Notes: generated by a model not told the origin, from the sequence alone. Counted from the first letter of the stretch, positions 42,440 to 53,238 are shown. The stretch is DNA of 64,000 nt from Acidobacteriota bacterium (GCA_033549365.1 JAWSUF010000007.1:19154-83153); one strand, 5' to 3'. Numbers and translations: made by a program.

Positions 42440-44809
42440 ATGACAAAATTCGGCCGTATTCTGTCCGTAACCCTCGCTTTCGCCGTCTGTCTGGCCCTGA
42501 TCGGGGGCATCGCCATGTCCCAATCGGCGGCCCGCGGCGCGAAAAAAACCGAAAACACCGACGCGGCTCTCCGCCTGAAATGGTTTGACAATCACGTCGC
42601 CCTCAAGTCCCAGACGCCGTTCGGAGGGCTCACCTGGCGGTTCATCGGGCCGGACATCATCAGCGGCCGATGCACCGACGTCGAGGCCGTTCCGGGCAAC
42701 CGCAACCTCATCTATGTCGCCTCGGCTACGGGAGGCTTCTGGAAAACGACGAACGGCGGGACGACCTGGGAACCTCTGACCGACGGTCTGCCGACGCCGT
42801 CCATGGGTGACCTGGCGATTTCGCCGAAGGATCCGAACGTCGTCTGGCTGGGAACCGGTGAGGCCAACATCTTCCGGGCTTCGGTCGCCGGCACCGGCAT
42901 TTATAAAACGACCGACGGCGGAAAAACCTGGACCCACTTGGGTCTCGAAGGGACGGGCACGATCGCCCGCATCGTCGTCCACCCGGTCGACACCGATATC
43001 GTTTACGTCGCCGCTTCGGGAAATGAATGGACCTACAACCCGGACCGCGGCGTCTACAAGACGACGGACGGAGGCAAGACCTGGCAGAAGATTCTCTACA
43101 AGGATGAGAAGACCGGGGCCATCGACCTGGTCATGGATCCCATCGACCACGACACCGTCTACGCCTCGACCTGGAACCGGATCCGCCGCCGCTGGAGCGA
43201 TCCCGTCCCCGAGGACGGCGACCATCTCTACAAGACAACGGACGGCGGCAAGACCTGGAAGACCCTGACCAACGGGCTTCCCGACACGAAGCTCACCGGG
43301 CGCATCGGCATCGACATCGCCCGCAGCAATCCCAACGTCCTCTACGCCTTCGTCGACAACCACCACCTGGGCCGCATGCCCAAGGAAGGCGAACGCGACG
43401 CCTACGGGCGACTGAAAACCGGACCGTCGGTGATCGGAGCCGAGGTTTACCGGAGCGACGACAAGGGCGAGATCTGGCGCAAGGTCAGCCCGGACGACAA
43501 CATGATGGAGCGGTTCAGCGGCACCTACGGCTGGGTGTTCGGCCAGATCCGGGTCGACCCGACGGACGAAAACACCGTCTATATCATGGGCCTTCCCCTG
43601 GCCAAGTCGACGGACGGCGGGAAATCGTTCGAGATCCTCTATTTCGAAGGGCTCCACGGCGACCACCACGGCCTGTGGATCGACCCGACCGATCCCGACT
43701 ATCTTCTCAACGTCAACGACGGCGGCATCAACGCCTCCTTCGACGGCGGAGAAACCTGGCGGGCCTTCCACAAGGAACTCCCGCTCATCCAGTTCTACAA
43801 CGTCTCCCTGGACATGGAAAGCCCTTTCAACGTCTACGGCTCGGTGCAGGACCACGGCACCTATAAAGGCAATGTCGATCACTTGAAACCCCGCCAGCGC
43901 GGACGGCGCGGTCCGGTGACCCGCTGGGAAAGCTCGCCCGGCGGCGAGGGCACGCTGATCGCCATCGACCCGGTCGACCCCAAAGTCGTCTATTCCTCGA
44001 CCTTCTACGGCCGCCTTCAACGCTCGGAGTTTCGCGACGGATACTGGCAGAGCCAGGACATTCAGCCCCGGGCCGAAGAGGGTGAACCGCCGCTTCGCGG
44101 CCAATGGCTGGCGCCGACCATTCTCTCTCCTCACAATCCCCATGTCGTCTACCACGGCTTCCAGTACCTGTTCCGGTCGATGAACCGCGGCGAAACCTGG
44201 GAACGGATCAGCCCCGACCTGACCTATAACGACCCCGCGAAACAGGGCAATCTCCCCTATGCCATCCCCTATGCCAGCCTGACGGCCGTCTCCGAATCGC
44301 CCTTCGCCTTCGGTGTGATCTATGCCGGGACCGACGACGGCCGGGTCTGGGTGACCCGGACGAGCGGCGCGAACTGGACCGAAATCACGGCCGGACTGCC
44401 CTATAACAAGCACGTTTCGAGAATCGTGGCGTCCGCATACGACCCGGCCACGGTCTACATCACGCTCAACGGCCGGCGCGACGACGACTTCGCCGCCTAC
44501 ATCTTCAAATCCGCCGATTACGGCAAGACCTGGAAGAGCATTCAGAACAACCTGCCCGGCGCGCCGGTCAACGTCATCCGGGAAGATCCCATGGCCGGCA
44601 ACGTCCTGTACGCGGGAACGGAACTCGGACCCTTCGTCAGCACGGACGGCGGGACGTCCTGGAACTATCTCGGATCCGGGCTGCCCAAGGCGCCGCTCGT
44701 CTGGGACCTCAAGGTTCACCCCCGGGACAACGCCGTCGTCATCGCCACTTACGGCCGCGGCATCTGGGTGATCGACGACATCTCGGCCGTCAGAAGCCAC
44801 GGGCGCTGA
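42440..44809 (+). CDS. Secreted BNR/Asp-box repeat (sortilin/VPS10-like) beta-propeller protein
   Basis: A signal peptide is present. Multiple Asp-box repeats are seen: TTNGGTTW, TTDGGKTW (three times), STDGGKSF, SFDGGETW and STDGGTSW. Confidence 0.8.
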   Translation: MTKFGRILSVTLAFAVCLALIGGIAMSQSAARGAKKTENTDAALRLKWFDNHVALKSQTPFGGLTWRFIGPDIISGRCTDVEAVPGNRNLIYVASATGGFWKTTNGGTTWEPLTDGLPTPSMGDLAISPKDPNVVWLGTGEANIFRASVAGTGIYKTTDGGKTWTHLGLEGTGTIARIVVHPVDTDIVYVAASGNEWTYNPDRGVYKTTDGGKTWQKILYKDEKTGAIDLVMDPIDHDTVYASTWNRIRRRWSDPVPEDGDHLYKTTDGGKTWKTLTNGLPDTKLTGRIGIDIARSNPNVLYAFVDNHHLGRMPKEGERDAYGRLKTGPSVIGAEVYRSDDKGEIWRKVSPDDNMMERFSGTYGWVFGQIRVDPTDENTVYIMGLPLAKSTDGGKSFEILYFEGLHGDHHGLWIDPTDPDYLLNVNDGGINASFDGGETWRAFHKELPLIQFYNVSLDMESPFNVYGSVQDHGTYKGNVDHLKPRQRGRRGPVTRWESSPGGEGTLIAIDPVDPKVVYSSTFYGRLQRSEFRDGYWQSQDIQPRAEEGEPPLRGQWLAPTILSPHNPHVVYHGFQYLFRSMNRGETWERISPDLTYNDPAKQGNLPYAIPYASLTAVSESPFAFGVIYAGTDDGRVWVTRTSGANWTEITAGLPYNKHVSRIVASAYDPATVYITLNGRRDDDFAAYIFKSADYGKTWKSIQNNLPGAPVNVIREDPMAGNVLYAGTELGPFVSTDGGTSWNYLGSGLPKAPLVWDLKVHPRDNAVVIATYGRGIWVIDDISAVRSHGR

Positions 44810-44889
44810 GCCGGGACGGCGGGCCGGCGACGCCGCCGGGCGCGGTCGGCCCGCCGCAATCGGCCGTCTTGACGGCCGGGGGAAAGCTG

Positions 44890-45750
44890 TCAATCCGCGA
44901 AAAAAAGGAAGAGTTTTTCCAGGTCCAGGGGTTCCGGAGTGAACCCGTCTCTCCCCGTTCCGTCGCGGGAGAGGTAGTCGTCCCAGGCCGATTTTCTGAG
45001 AATGATGTCGACGGCCTCTCCCCTGTCTCTCGAAAGGAAGATCGAACCCGGGGGGAAAGCGGCGACGGCCCGGCCGGCCTTGGCGCGGACAAAAACATGG
45101 CCCTCGCGGAACCGTCTGAAATCCGCCTGAAAAACCGTCCTCCCTCTGCGCAATATGATGACGGCATCGCAGATTTTCTCCATTTCCGAGAGAATGTGCG
45201 AACTCAGAAAGACCGACGCGCCTTCTTTCCTTAGGGTTATTAAGATCTCGCGAAGACGGACGACCGATACCGGATCCAGTCCGGAGAAGGGCTCGTCGGC
45301 CACGAGAAGATCGGGGGAAAAAACCAGGCTCTGGAGATAGGCGAATTTTTTCCGGTTCCCCGTCGAATAGGTCATGACCCGTCTTTTCAGGAGTCCGGGA
45401 TCGAACGCGAGGCGGCCGCACAGGGACTCGGCGGCGGCAAGAAGCCGCCGATCGGAAAGGCCGTGGCGCCGGGCGGTCAATTCGAGAAGGTCCCAGCCTC
45501 GGGCCCAGGAAAAGACGACGGGCGCATCCGGGACATAGCCGATCCGTCCGGCCCGGCAGGAAAAGCTCCCGGCCTGCGGCCGGAGGAAGCCGAGAAGCAT
45601 GCGGAGGGTCGTCGTCTTGCCGGCCCCGTTTTCGCCCAGCAGGGCCGTGATGCCGCCCGCCCGGACCTCGAGGTCGGCCGATGTGACCGCCGCGACACGG
45701 CCGAAACGCCGAGCCAGACCCCGGGCTTCGAGGATCATGTCTTCTCTCAT
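44890..45750 (-). CDS. ABC transporter ATP-binding protein
   Basis: Motifs seen: Walker A GENGAGKTT, a signature-like YSTGNRKK, and Walker B LLVADEPFSGLD. Confidence 0.85.
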   Translation of the reverse strand: MREDMILEARGLARRFGRVAAVTSADLEVRAGGITALLGENGAGKTTTLRMLLGFLRPQAGSFSCRAGRIGYVPDAPVVFSWARGWDLLELTARRHGLSDRRLLAAAESLCGRLAFDPGLLKRRVMTYSTGNRKKFAYLQSLVFSPDLLVADEPFSGLDPVSVVRLREILITLRKEGASVFLSSHILSEMEKICDAVIILRRGRTVFQADFRRFREGHVFVRAKAGRAVAAFPPGSIFLSRDRGEAVDIILRKSAWDDYLSRDGTGRDGFTPEPLDLEKLFLFFAD

Positions 45751-46481
45751 TTCGTCATCTCCGCCCGGGAAGACGCGATCCGGACCAGAATCCAGGCCGC
45801 TGCGGACAGGGCTGCGACGAAGGGGATATAGGGTGCCAGGTTATTTCGAACCAGGACGTTCGGAAAAACGGCCAGAAACGCCAGAAACTTGAGGAGCGAC
45901 CCGGCATCGGGGAAAACGCCGTCATGGAACATCGAGAAAAATTCGACATGCCGCCCAAGTGACATGAGCAGGACGATGCCGGTTGCCGCCTGGAGAAGAA
46001 GCACGGACAGGACGTTCGATCCGGACTTGAGAAAAAATCCCAGAAAACCGCCCCATCCCGCGAAATAGGCGCCGGCCGCAAGCCCGCCGGCGACCTGGAG
46101 AGGCGACCAGGGAAAGGGATGGCCGGAGATCATTCCGGCCGCCGCGCAGAGAACATGAAGAAGAAAAACGTAGGCCAGCCCGATTCCGAAAACCGTAAGG
46201 AATCGAACCCACAACACGCTCCGGAACACGCCGCCGATGAGCAGGGTGTTTTCGAGAGCGCCGCTTTCGATGTCGCTTTTCATCATGTCGCGCGAGAGAA
46301 ACAGAAACACATAGGGAAAAAGGAGAAGCAGAAAGCCGGACGCCGTCCCGAAGGAATCGAAATGCCAAAGTATTCCGAAAAGAAGGGGCGGAAAGGCAAA
46401 GACTGCGCCGTTCGTCCGGCTGGAAAAAACCGTTTTCGCGGCCAGGACGGACCCTAGCGCGAAGCGATGGTTTTCAGGCAC
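45747..46481 (-). CDS. ABC-2-type permease-like membrane protein
   Basis: It has six predicted TM segments. There is a 4-bp overlap with the ATPase gene. Confidence 0.6.
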   Translation of the reverse strand: MPENHRFALGSVLAAKTVFSSRTNGAVFAFPPLLFGILWHFDSFGTASGFLLLLFPYVFLFLSRDMMKSDIESGALENTLLIGGVFRSVLWVRFLTVFGIGLAYVFLLHVLCAAAGMISGHPFPWSPLQVAGGLAAGAYFAGWGGFLGFFLKSGSNVLSVLLLQAATGIVLLMSLGRHVEFFSMFHDGVFPDAGSLLKFLAFLAVFPNVLVRNNLAPYIPFVAALSAAAWILVRIASSRAEMTK

Positions 46482-46939
46482 TGTTTCGCCGCCTCGCGTC
46501 TTTCGAAAAACGACCGGTAGGGATCATCCCGGTAAACGACGCGCCCGTCCACGAGAACGATCTTGAAAGGATCCATGAGTACGTTGTAACGCCGGAAAAT
46601 CCTGCGCCGGGGGTCGGCGACCACGGGAAGCCGGGACCCGAATTTACCCAGAAAATCGTGCAGGGCCTCTCCGCCGGCCGCCGCGATGCCGGCTACGGGG
46701 ATGTCGAGATCGTTTTTCGCGCAAAAATAGCTCATCTCGAAAAGATCGTCCCAGCAGACGGCGCATTCGATGGAAAAGAAAACCAGAAGCACGGGACCCG
46801 AAGAAGGCAGAATCGATTCGAGGTCGGAAAAAATGCGATCGTTTTCCGGAAAAACAGGCGGCGCCTCCGCCCCGCAAACAAGCCCCACCGCAAGGCCCAC
46901 CATGACCGTTGAAGAAATCGCCGAAGCCATGGTTCTCAT
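46454..46939 (-). CDS. Thioredoxin-fold redoxin (TlpA-like) with a CxxC motif
   Basis: The signal sequence is followed by VLLVFFSIECAVCWDDL (a CxxC in a thioredoxin-like context). Confidence 0.55.
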   Translation of the reverse strand: MRTMASAISSTVMVGLAVGLVCGAEAPPVFPENDRIFSDLESILPSSGPVLLVFFSIECAVCWDDLFEMSYFCAKNDLDIPVAGIAAAGGEALHDFLGKFGSRLPVVADPRRRIFRRYNVLMDPFKIVLVDGRVVYRDDPYRSFFERREAAKQCLKTIASR

Positions 46940-47937
46940 AACCCCTCGAATCGATAGATCCTCAGGATCCGATCGGCGTCCACGGCGTAGATGCGGTTCC
47001 CGTCGACGGAAATGCGAACGACAGGGCCGGGAAGCTCGATGACGGCCTCCAACGGCCCGCCCGGAACGAAAACATACACTTCGAAGCCCGGCCCGAGATC
47101 CCCTTCTTCCGTTCGGTCGGGAGAAAGGACGAAAAGCCGGCCGTCTGAAAAAGCCGCATGCCAGCAGAACCCGGTCAGCTTTCGCTTTCCTCCGGACAGG
47201 GGAAGCGTGAGCCCTTTCAGGGGAAATCCACGGGGCGGGACCGGCGAGGCGATCAGTTTCCCGTCATGGTCAAACCGCCGCAAAGGGGCCTGTTCCGATT
47301 TGAAAACGGCCAGAAATTCTCCGGGACCGCCGGGCAGGATCAGGAACCTGTTGACCATGGTGTCGAAGAGCGAGTCGCCCGTGAGAGCGGGTTCGAGACA
47401 TTCCCAGAGTTTTTCGCCCGTCGGAGAGAAACCGTAGATCATGTTTTCCTTTCCCCCGCGAAAAGACGGTAAATAAGAAACCGCGATGACATCCCGGCTC
47501 AGGGCGGCCACATCGGACGGGCGGAAAGGCAGCTTGAGGCTCGAAAGGTAATCTCCGTCCCGCGACAGGATCTGGATTCTCGCGTTTCCCGAATCGGCGA
47601 TATAGAGGTTGCCCTCGAGAATGGAAAGGCCCGACGGGGTGTTGAACTCTCCGGGGCCCTGTCCCCGGCGGCCGTAGGTTTTCAAAAAACGCCCGTTTTT
47701 TTCGTAGACGCGGACGGCATGATCGCTGCGGTCGAGAACATAGACGAACTCGCGATCATGGAGAATTCCCGCCGTCAGGCTCAGCTCGGCCTCACGGCTT
47801 GTGAGCAGCTCGGGATGAATGTCGCGGGCCCTGATCCGCCGGACGTCCGAAGGAAACGCCGACACGACAATCAACACCATCATAGCCGCAACTCCCACGG
47901 CCCGCGTCCAGGTTCTTTTTCCGGCCATTCCATTCAT
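46936..47937 (-). CDS. NHL-repeat / six-bladed beta-propeller protein
   Basis: Repeats of the type GEFNTPSGLSILEGNLYIADSGNARIQIL are present. The start is at 47937 or 47928, after AAAGGAG. Confidence 0.6.
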   Translation of the reverse strand: MNGMAGKRTWTRAVGVAAMMVLIVVSAFPSDVRRIRARDIHPELLTSREAELSLTAGILHDREFVYVLDRSDHAVRVYEKNGRFLKTYGRRGQGPGEFNTPSGLSILEGNLYIADSGNARIQILSRDGDYLSSLKLPFRPSDVAALSRDVIAVSYLPSFRGGKENMIYGFSPTGEKLWECLEPALTGDSLFDTMVNRFLILPGGPGEFLAVFKSEQAPLRRFDHDGKLIASPVPPRGFPLKGLTLPLSGGKRKLTGFCWHAAFSDGRLFVLSPDRTEEGDLGPGFEVYVFVPGGPLEAVIELPGPVVRISVDGNRIYAVDADRILRIYRFEGL

Positions 47938-47989
47938 CTCCTTTCGTGGGAATGGGGGGCTCCCCCGGCGCGGGAGAGCCCCCCGGTTT

Positions 47990-48208
47990 TCAGACCTTGA
48001 AAATGCAGACACCCAGGGCGACGTCGCATGCCGACAGGTACAGCATGACCATGTACCAGGGCGCCTCCATATTCATGGCGTTTTGACGGCAGATCTCGTG
48101 ATCCCTGAAGCAGTGGTCGACGTCGTGCGCTCCAAGGGACGGCGGAGAGAAAACCGCCAGGGAGAGGGCCAGAATTCCGGCCGTTGCCAAAGCGATGGTC
48201 TTTTTCAT
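47990..48208 (-). CDS. Small secreted Cys/His-rich peptide (72 aa)
   Basis: A strong RBS (AAAGGAGGT) lies 4 nt before the ATG at 48208. The signal peptide is MKKTIALATAGILALSLAVFS. The mature part has 4 Cys and several His. It is the first gene of the operon. Confidence 0.5.
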   Translation of the reverse strand: MKKTIALATAGILALSLAVFSPPSLGAHDVDHCFRDHEICRQNAMNMEAPWYMVMLYLSACDVALGVCIFKV

Positions 48209-48446
48209 TATGACCTCCTTTCGCTTTGACATCATGCACGCGGCATGCCAACTGGAAATCAGCCCTTGGATTCGTCATCTTATTATTTATCAACTTTTTA
48301 TAAAAATTCCGGAAAGCACATCCGGAATTCCGCGGCACATCCCACGGCACAAGTCGAGCCGCCGGAAGTCCGGCCTCCATATAATCGACGCGTTTCACCC
48401 CCCATTTGTGTCACAATCTGTGCCGTCCGCGGCACATTTATTTTCG

Positions 48447-50099
48447 TCAGAGCATCGGAATCTTGACCCCCCGCTCCTTTGCGCAGGTCCGGGCCTCCTC
48501 ATAACCGGCGTCGGCATGGCGGGCGACGCCCAGTCCGGGATCGACGGTCAGGACGCGCTCCAGCCGCCGTGCCGTCATGTCCGTTCCGTCGGCGACAATG
48601 ACCATGCCCGCATGCAGGGACAACCCGATGCCCACGCCGCCGCCGTGATGGACCGAAACCCAGGAGGCGCCGCAGACGGCGTTCAGAAGTGCGTTCAGAA
48701 TGGGCCAGTCGGCGACCGCGTCCGAGCCGTCCAACATGCCCTCCGTCTCGCGGTTGGGCGAGGCCACCGAACCGGTGTCGAGATGGTCGCGCCCGATGAC
48801 GATCGGGGCGCTGATCGTCCCCTTCTTCACCAGACGGTTGATGATGTCCCCGAAACGGGCCCGCTCGCCGTAGCCAAGCCAGCAGATCCGGGCCGGGAGT
48901 CCCTGGAATTGGATCTTTTCCCGGGCCTTTCGGATCCAGCGGGCCAGAGCTTCGTCTTCGGGAAACTCCTTGAGCACCGCCTCGTCCGTGGCGTAGATGT
49001 CCTTCGGATCGCCTGAAAGAGCGGCCCAGCGGAACGGTCCCTTACCAAGGCAAAAGAGCGGGCGGATGTATTCCGGCACGAAGCCGGGGATGGTGAAGGC
49101 GTCGGCCACGCCCGCCTTGAGGGCCTGACCGCGGATGTTGTTGCCGTAATCGAAAGTCCTGGCGCCCGCAGCCTGGAGGGCCAGCATGGCCTGCACGTGA
49201 GCGGCCATGGACTCCATGGAGCGGCGGATATAGTCGTCCGGCGCCGCCTTCCTCATTTCCAGGGCATCCTCGTAGGGGATACCGGCCGGAACATAGCCGT
49301 GGAGTTCGTCGTGGGCCGAGGTCTGGTCCGTCAGGATATCGGGGACGACGCCGCGCCGGACCATTTCGGGCAGAACTTCGGCGGCATTCCCCAGCAGGGC
49401 GATGGACAGGGGCTCCCCTTTCTTAACGGCCTCGGCGGCCAGTTTCAGGGCTTCGTCCAGACTTTCGACCGAGGTGTCGACATAGCGCGTTTCGAGACGT
49501 CGGCGGATCCGGTCCCGATCGACCTCGACGACGACGGCCACGCCGTCGTTCATGGTGACGGCCAGGGGCTGGGCCCCGCCCATGCCGCCCAATCCGGCGG
49601 ACACGACAAGACGGCCCTTGAGAGTCCCGCCGAAATATTTGTCGGCCGCGGCGGCCAGGGTTTCGTAAGTTCCCTGAAGAATGCCCTGCGTTCCTATATA
49701 GATCCAGCTTCCGGCCGTCATCTGGCCGTACATCATCAATCCCTTGGCTTCGAGACGCCTGAACTCGTCCCAGGTCGCCCAATGGGGAACGAGATTGGCA
49801 TTGGCGATCAGAACCCGCGGCGCTTCCGGATGCGTTTTGAAAACGGCCACGGGTTTTCCCGATTGAACGATGAGGGTTTCGTCGTTTTCGAGCTCTTCCA
49901 GACTTTTCACGATGGCCCGATAGGCGTCCCAGTTCCGGGCCGCCTTGCCTGTTCCACCGTAGACGATGAGGTCCTGCGGCTTTTCGGCCACGTCGGGGTC
50001 GAGATTGTTCATGAGCATCCGCAGGGCCCCTTCCTGGGACCAGCCCTTGGTTCGAAGCTGCGTGCCGCGCGGCGCCCGGATATCCTGATGTTCCTTCAT
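48447..50099 (-). CDS. hutU: Urocanate hydratase
   Basis: The full-length 550-aa pattern includes [40 protein letters not shown] and [12 protein letters not shown]. Confidence 0.95.
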   Translation of the reverse strand: MKEHQDIRAPRGTQLRTKGWSQEGALRMLMNNLDPDVAEKPQDLIVYGGTGKAARNWDAYRAIVKSLEELENDETLIVQSGKPVAVFKTHPEAPRVLIANANLVPHWATWDEFRRLEAKGLMMYGQMTAGSWIYIGTQGILQGTYETLAAAADKYFGGTLKGRLVVSAGLGGMGGAQPLAVTMNDGVAVVVEVDRDRIRRRLETRYVDTSVESLDEALKLAAEAVKKGEPLSIALLGNAAEVLPEMVRRGVVPDILTDQTSAHDELHGYVPAGIPYEDALEMRKAAPDDYIRRSMESMAAHVQAMLALQAAGARTFDYGNNIRGQALKAGVADAFTIPGFVPEYIRPLFCLGKGPFRWAALSGDPKDIYATDEAVLKEFPEDEALARWIRKAREKIQFQGLPARICWLGYGERARFGDIINRLVKKGTISAPIVIGRDHLDTGSVASPNRETEGMLDGSDAVADWPILNALLNAVCGASWVSVHHGGGVGIGLSLHAGMVIVADGTDMTARRLERVLTVDPGLGVARHADAGYEEARTCAKERGVKIPML

Positions 50100-50173
50100 G
50101 TCGTCCCTCCTGTATCCGGCGATTTCAGCCGGAATCTTACCACAACGCCGAATCCGATGACAAAATTCCGGGA

Positions 50174-51109
50174 TTAACGGAGGCGGGCCAGGGCCGTGCG
50201 GGCCAGGCCGCCGAGATCGAGGCCGATTTCGACCGGTGACCAGCGCTTCCCGAAAAGGGCCGAAACGGCGTCCTTTTGTCCGGCTCCGAACTCGAACACG
50301 AGATGGCCGCCCCGCTTGAGATAACGGGGCGCCTGACGGACGAGACGGCGGATGAAATCCAGGCCTTCCGGTCCGGCCAGGAGAGCCCGGCGCGGCTCAT
50401 GGTCGCGGACGTCGGGCGGAAGGGAGGCCCACTCGCCGGTTGCAACATAAGGGGGGTTGGAGACGATGATATCGAACTCCGCCCTGAACGACCGGAAGGC
50501 GGAAAAGACGTTGCTGTGATGAAAACGGATGCGGCCGAGACCGAGGTGAATGACATTCATCCGGGCCGTCTTCAAAGCCCGGAGGGAAATATCCGCGGCG
50601 TGGATTTCCGCCGAGGGGATTTCCCGGGCCAGGGCCGCGGCCAGAGCCCCGCTTCCCGTCCCCAGATCCAGGATCTTTTCGCCGGGGCGGCGGGGCAGGG
50701 ACAGAACGCTTTCGACGAGGTGTTCGGTCTCGGGCCGCGGAATCAGAACCGACGGCGAAACAAAAAAAGGCATGGACCAGAACTCCTTGACGCCGGTGAC
50801 ATAGGCCAGAGGAATTCCGGAGGCGCGTTTGGCGATGAAGCGCCGGCAGCGGTCGGCGGTCCGCCGGGGGATCATCCGCAACGGCGGCTCCAGAAGGATT
50901 TTCTCGGCGGGCCAGCCGGCCGCCCGGGCCAGAATCACCCGGGCTTCGAGACCCGCGCAGGACGAGACATCCGCCAGACGCTCCGCTCCTTCGCGGAGCA
51001 GGGTCTCCAGCGTCTCAGGACCGCCTGGTGGCGGCCCCGCCTCCGGGTTTGTCCAGTCCGGCCGCGGCACGGGACTGGAAGTGGAGGGCGAGTTTTTCGA
51101 GGATGTCAT
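50174..51109 (-). CDS. prmC: Release-factor glutamine N5-methyltransferase
   Basis: Motifs seen: [10 protein letters not shown] and IIVSNPPYV. It sits immediately downstream of prfA. The start is uncertain because it overlaps the prfA 3' end. Confidence 0.85.
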   Translation of the reverse strand: MTSSKNSPSTSSPVPRPDWTNPEAGPPPGGPETLETLLREGAERLADVSSCAGLEARVILARAAGWPAEKILLEPPLRMIPRRTADRCRRFIAKRASGIPLAYVTGVKEFWSMPFFVSPSVLIPRPETEHLVESVLSLPRRPGEKILDLGTGSGALAAALAREIPSAEIHAADISLRALKTARMNVIHLGLGRIRFHHSNVFSAFRSFRAEFDIIVSNPPYVATGEWASLPPDVRDHEPRRALLAGPEGLDFIRRLVRQAPRYLKRGGHLVFEFGAGQKDAVSALFGKRWSPVEIGLDLGGLARTALARLR

Positions 51110-52118
51110 TGAGCTCCCCGTCGAGAAACGCTTCGAGATTATGAAAATTTTCGTTGATCCTGTGGTCCGTGATCCGGGATTGAGGGAAGTTGTAGGTGCG
51201 GATCTTTTCGCTCCTCTCCCCCGTCCCGACCTGTGATCGGCGGTCTCTGGCGACCTGATCGTGCCGTTCGCTTTCGGCGATGTCGAGCAGCCGGGACCGG
51301 AGAACGCGCAGGGCCTTCTCCTTGTTCTTGTGCTGCGATTTTTCGTCCTGGCAGGAGACGACCATGCCCGTCGGTTTGTGCGTGACGCGGATGGCCGTGT
51401 AATTGCGGTTGACGCTCTGGCCGCCCGGACCCGAGGCGCCGAAGGCCTCGATCTTCAAGTCCTTGGGGTCGATCCGGATGTCGACCTCCTCGGCCTCGGG
51501 CAGCACGGCGACCGTGGCCGTCGAGGTGTGAATGCGCCCCTGGGCTTCGGTCCGCGGGACGCGCTGAACGCGGTGGACGCCGCTTTCATGTTTCATGATC
51601 CCGTAGACATCCCGGCCCCGGATGTTGACGACGGCTTCCTTGATTCCGCCGGCCGGCGAGATGCTGTTGTCCAACACTTCGAACACCCACTTCCTGCGGT
51701 CGGCGAAACGCGAATACATCCTCAGAAGGTCCTGGGCGAAAAGCGAGGCTTCGTCGCCGCCCGCACCGGCCCGAATCTCGAGAATGGCGTTTTTGTGGTC
51801 GTTGGGATCTTTCGGAAGGAGGTGATTCCGGAGCTCGGATTCCAGGGCGGCTTCCCGGTCTTCGAGAACCTTGATCTCGTCCCGGGCCAGCCCCCGCAGA
51901 TCGGGGTCGGCGCCGGCATCGGCCAGGATGGCGTGGGTGTCGGCGATTTCACGCCGGACTTTCTCGAATTTTTCGTAAGTCCGGATGACGGGCTCGAGTT
52001 CGGCCCGTTCGCGGGAGATCTCGCGGATTTTCTGAGGCTGGGCGAGAAGCGCCGGGTCGGACAGAGACAGCGTCAGGCTGCGAAACTTCTCCTCAAGTGC
52101 CTTGAGCTCCGCAAGCAT
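51015..52118 (-). CDS. prfA: Peptide chain release factor 1
   Basis: Motifs seen: the tripeptide anticodon region PTEAQGRIHTS (PxT-type) and GGQ in SGPGGQSVN. I chose the start MLAELKALEEKF. The upstream extension of the track ORF overlaps rpmE and was rejected. Confidence 0.95.
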   Translation of the reverse strand: MLAELKALEEKFRSLTLSLSDPALLAQPQKIREISRERAELEPVIRTYEKFEKVRREIADTHAILADAGADPDLRGLARDEIKVLEDREAALESELRNHLLPKDPNDHKNAILEIRAGAGGDEASLFAQDLLRMYSRFADRRKWVFEVLDNSISPAGGIKEAVVNIRGRDVYGIMKHESGVHRVQRVPRTEAQGRIHTSTATVAVLPEAEEVDIRIDPKDLKIEAFGASGPGGQSVNRNYTAIRVTHKPTGMVVSCQDEKSQHKNKEKALRVLRSRLLDIAESERHDQVARDRRSQVGTGERSEKIRTYNFPQSRITDHRINENFHNLEAFLDGELNDILEKLALHFQSRAAAGLDKPGGGAATRRS

Positions 52119-52123
52119 GGAGG

Positions 52124-52330
52124 TTATGTCTTCGGCATGCCATATTTTTTCCTGAATTTTTCGACGCGGCCGGCGCTGTCGACGAACTTCTGTTTGCCCG
52201 TAAAAAACGGATGGCACTGCGAACAGATTTCGACCCGGATTTCCTTTTTCGTCGATCCGGTCTTGAAGGTGTTCCCGCAGGCGCAGGTCACCAGACACTC
52301 GGCATAACTCGGATGAATATCGCTCTTCAT
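52124..52330 (-). CDS. rpmE: 50S ribosomal protein L31
   Basis: [27 protein letters not shown]...[13 protein letters not shown] is the canonical L31 sequence with CxxC pairs. Confidence 0.95.
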   Translation of the reverse strand: MKSDIHPSYAECLVTCACGNTFKTGSTKKEIRVEICSQCHPFFTGKQKFVDSAGRVEKFRKKYGMPKT

Positions 52331-52362
52331 GAGATCATCTCCTCATCGGACGGCGTATTATA

Positions 52363-53238
52363 TCAAATTTCGATCGGACGGCAAAGCGCGGGAATGCGGT
52401 CGAGCCGGCTTTCCAGGGCCGCCTCGTCCACGGTGAAGACGGACTCTCTTTCGACGGCCTTGACCCGGTCCCGGTAGGCCCGGGAATCGAAATAAGCCTT
52501 GAACGGACGCCGGAGCGCATAGACCTGCTCCTCGGCGGCCCATTCGTAAACCGATCCGTCCCGGCGCCGCAGGCAGTTCAGATGGACGATCCAGGCCAGT
52601 TGTTTGAGGGAAATTTTCCGGAACCGGCGACGGATGGCCGCGATTTCCCCTTCCTTGACCGGATTGTAAAACCGGAAAAAGCGGGAAAACAGAACGGCGT
52701 TATGAAAGTAGGCCGGGTAGGCCAGGATACCGTCCTTGTCGGTCACTTTGCCGAGATAGGCGAAGACCTCGACGACTTTTCGGCCCATGCCCAGGCCGGG
52801 ATGCTGCTGGCCCGGAAGCGGCGCTTTGCGCTCGCAGAAAGACAGGCGCGGATTTTGAAGGGTGAGCCATTCGAGGGCCAGGCATTTCTGCGGTAGAAGC
52901 GCCGGCGCGCCGGGAAGCGGTTGGGGAAGGTATTCCATCTCGCGGATCTTCAGGTCGACAATCAGGTTTTCGGGAACCGCGGCGCGGTGATAGATTTGAA
53001 ATCTCTGCAGAGGATGCTCCGAGGCATCCAACCGGAATTCGAGCGGGATGAGATCCCGGGTCTTGGCTTCCCTGAAAAAATTTCGCTTGCCCAGGACGGC
53101 CTGAACCTCTTTCAGGGAAAACCGTCCGAGAAAGAGCAGGCTCCCCCGCCCCGACGTCCGGTCGGTCAGGATGTCCTTTTCCTCGAAAAGGGGAGATTCC
53201 TCCCATAAGGGCATCACTTTGTTGTCCGTTTTTTTCAC
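52363..53238 (-). CDS. Conserved hypothetical protein (291 aa)
   Basis: A long ORF in the coding frame within the housekeeping operon. No motif was recognised. Confidence 0.55.
   Translation of the reverse strand: MKKTDNKVMPLWEESPLFEEKDILTDRTSGRGSLLFLGRFSLKEVQAVLGKRNFFREAKTRDLIPLEFRLDASEHPLQRFQIYHRAAVPENLIVDLKIREMEYLPQPLPGAPALLPQKCLALEWLTLQNPRLSFCERKAPLPGQQHPGLGMGRKVVEVFAYLGKVTDKDGILAYPAYFHNAVLFSRFFRFYNPVKEGEIAAIRRRFRKISLKQLAWIVHLNCLRRRDGSVYEWAAEEQVYALRRPFKAYFDSRAYRDRVKAVERESVFTVDEAALESRLDRIPALCRPIEI

Noticed and set aside
42407-45421. A 1004-aa minus-strand ORF.
   Set aside because: It is antisense to the BNR/Asp-box protein gene, which has repeated TTDGGKTW motifs, and it overlaps the ABC ATPase in another frame. 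Its Arg/Gly/Pro/Asp-rich composition has no motifs.
48236-48446. A possible regulatory RNA or operator in the spacer between the small-peptide operon and hutU (direct repeat CCGCGGCACAT, two copies).
   Set aside because: There are only two short copies and no convincing secondary structure or known motif. It is mentioned under the peptide-operon finding but is too weak to call as a feature.
52119-52298. The N-terminal extension of the prfA ORF (track start 52298).
   Set aside because: It overlaps rpmE in another frame. The conserved RF1 N-terminus starts at MLAELKALEEKF.
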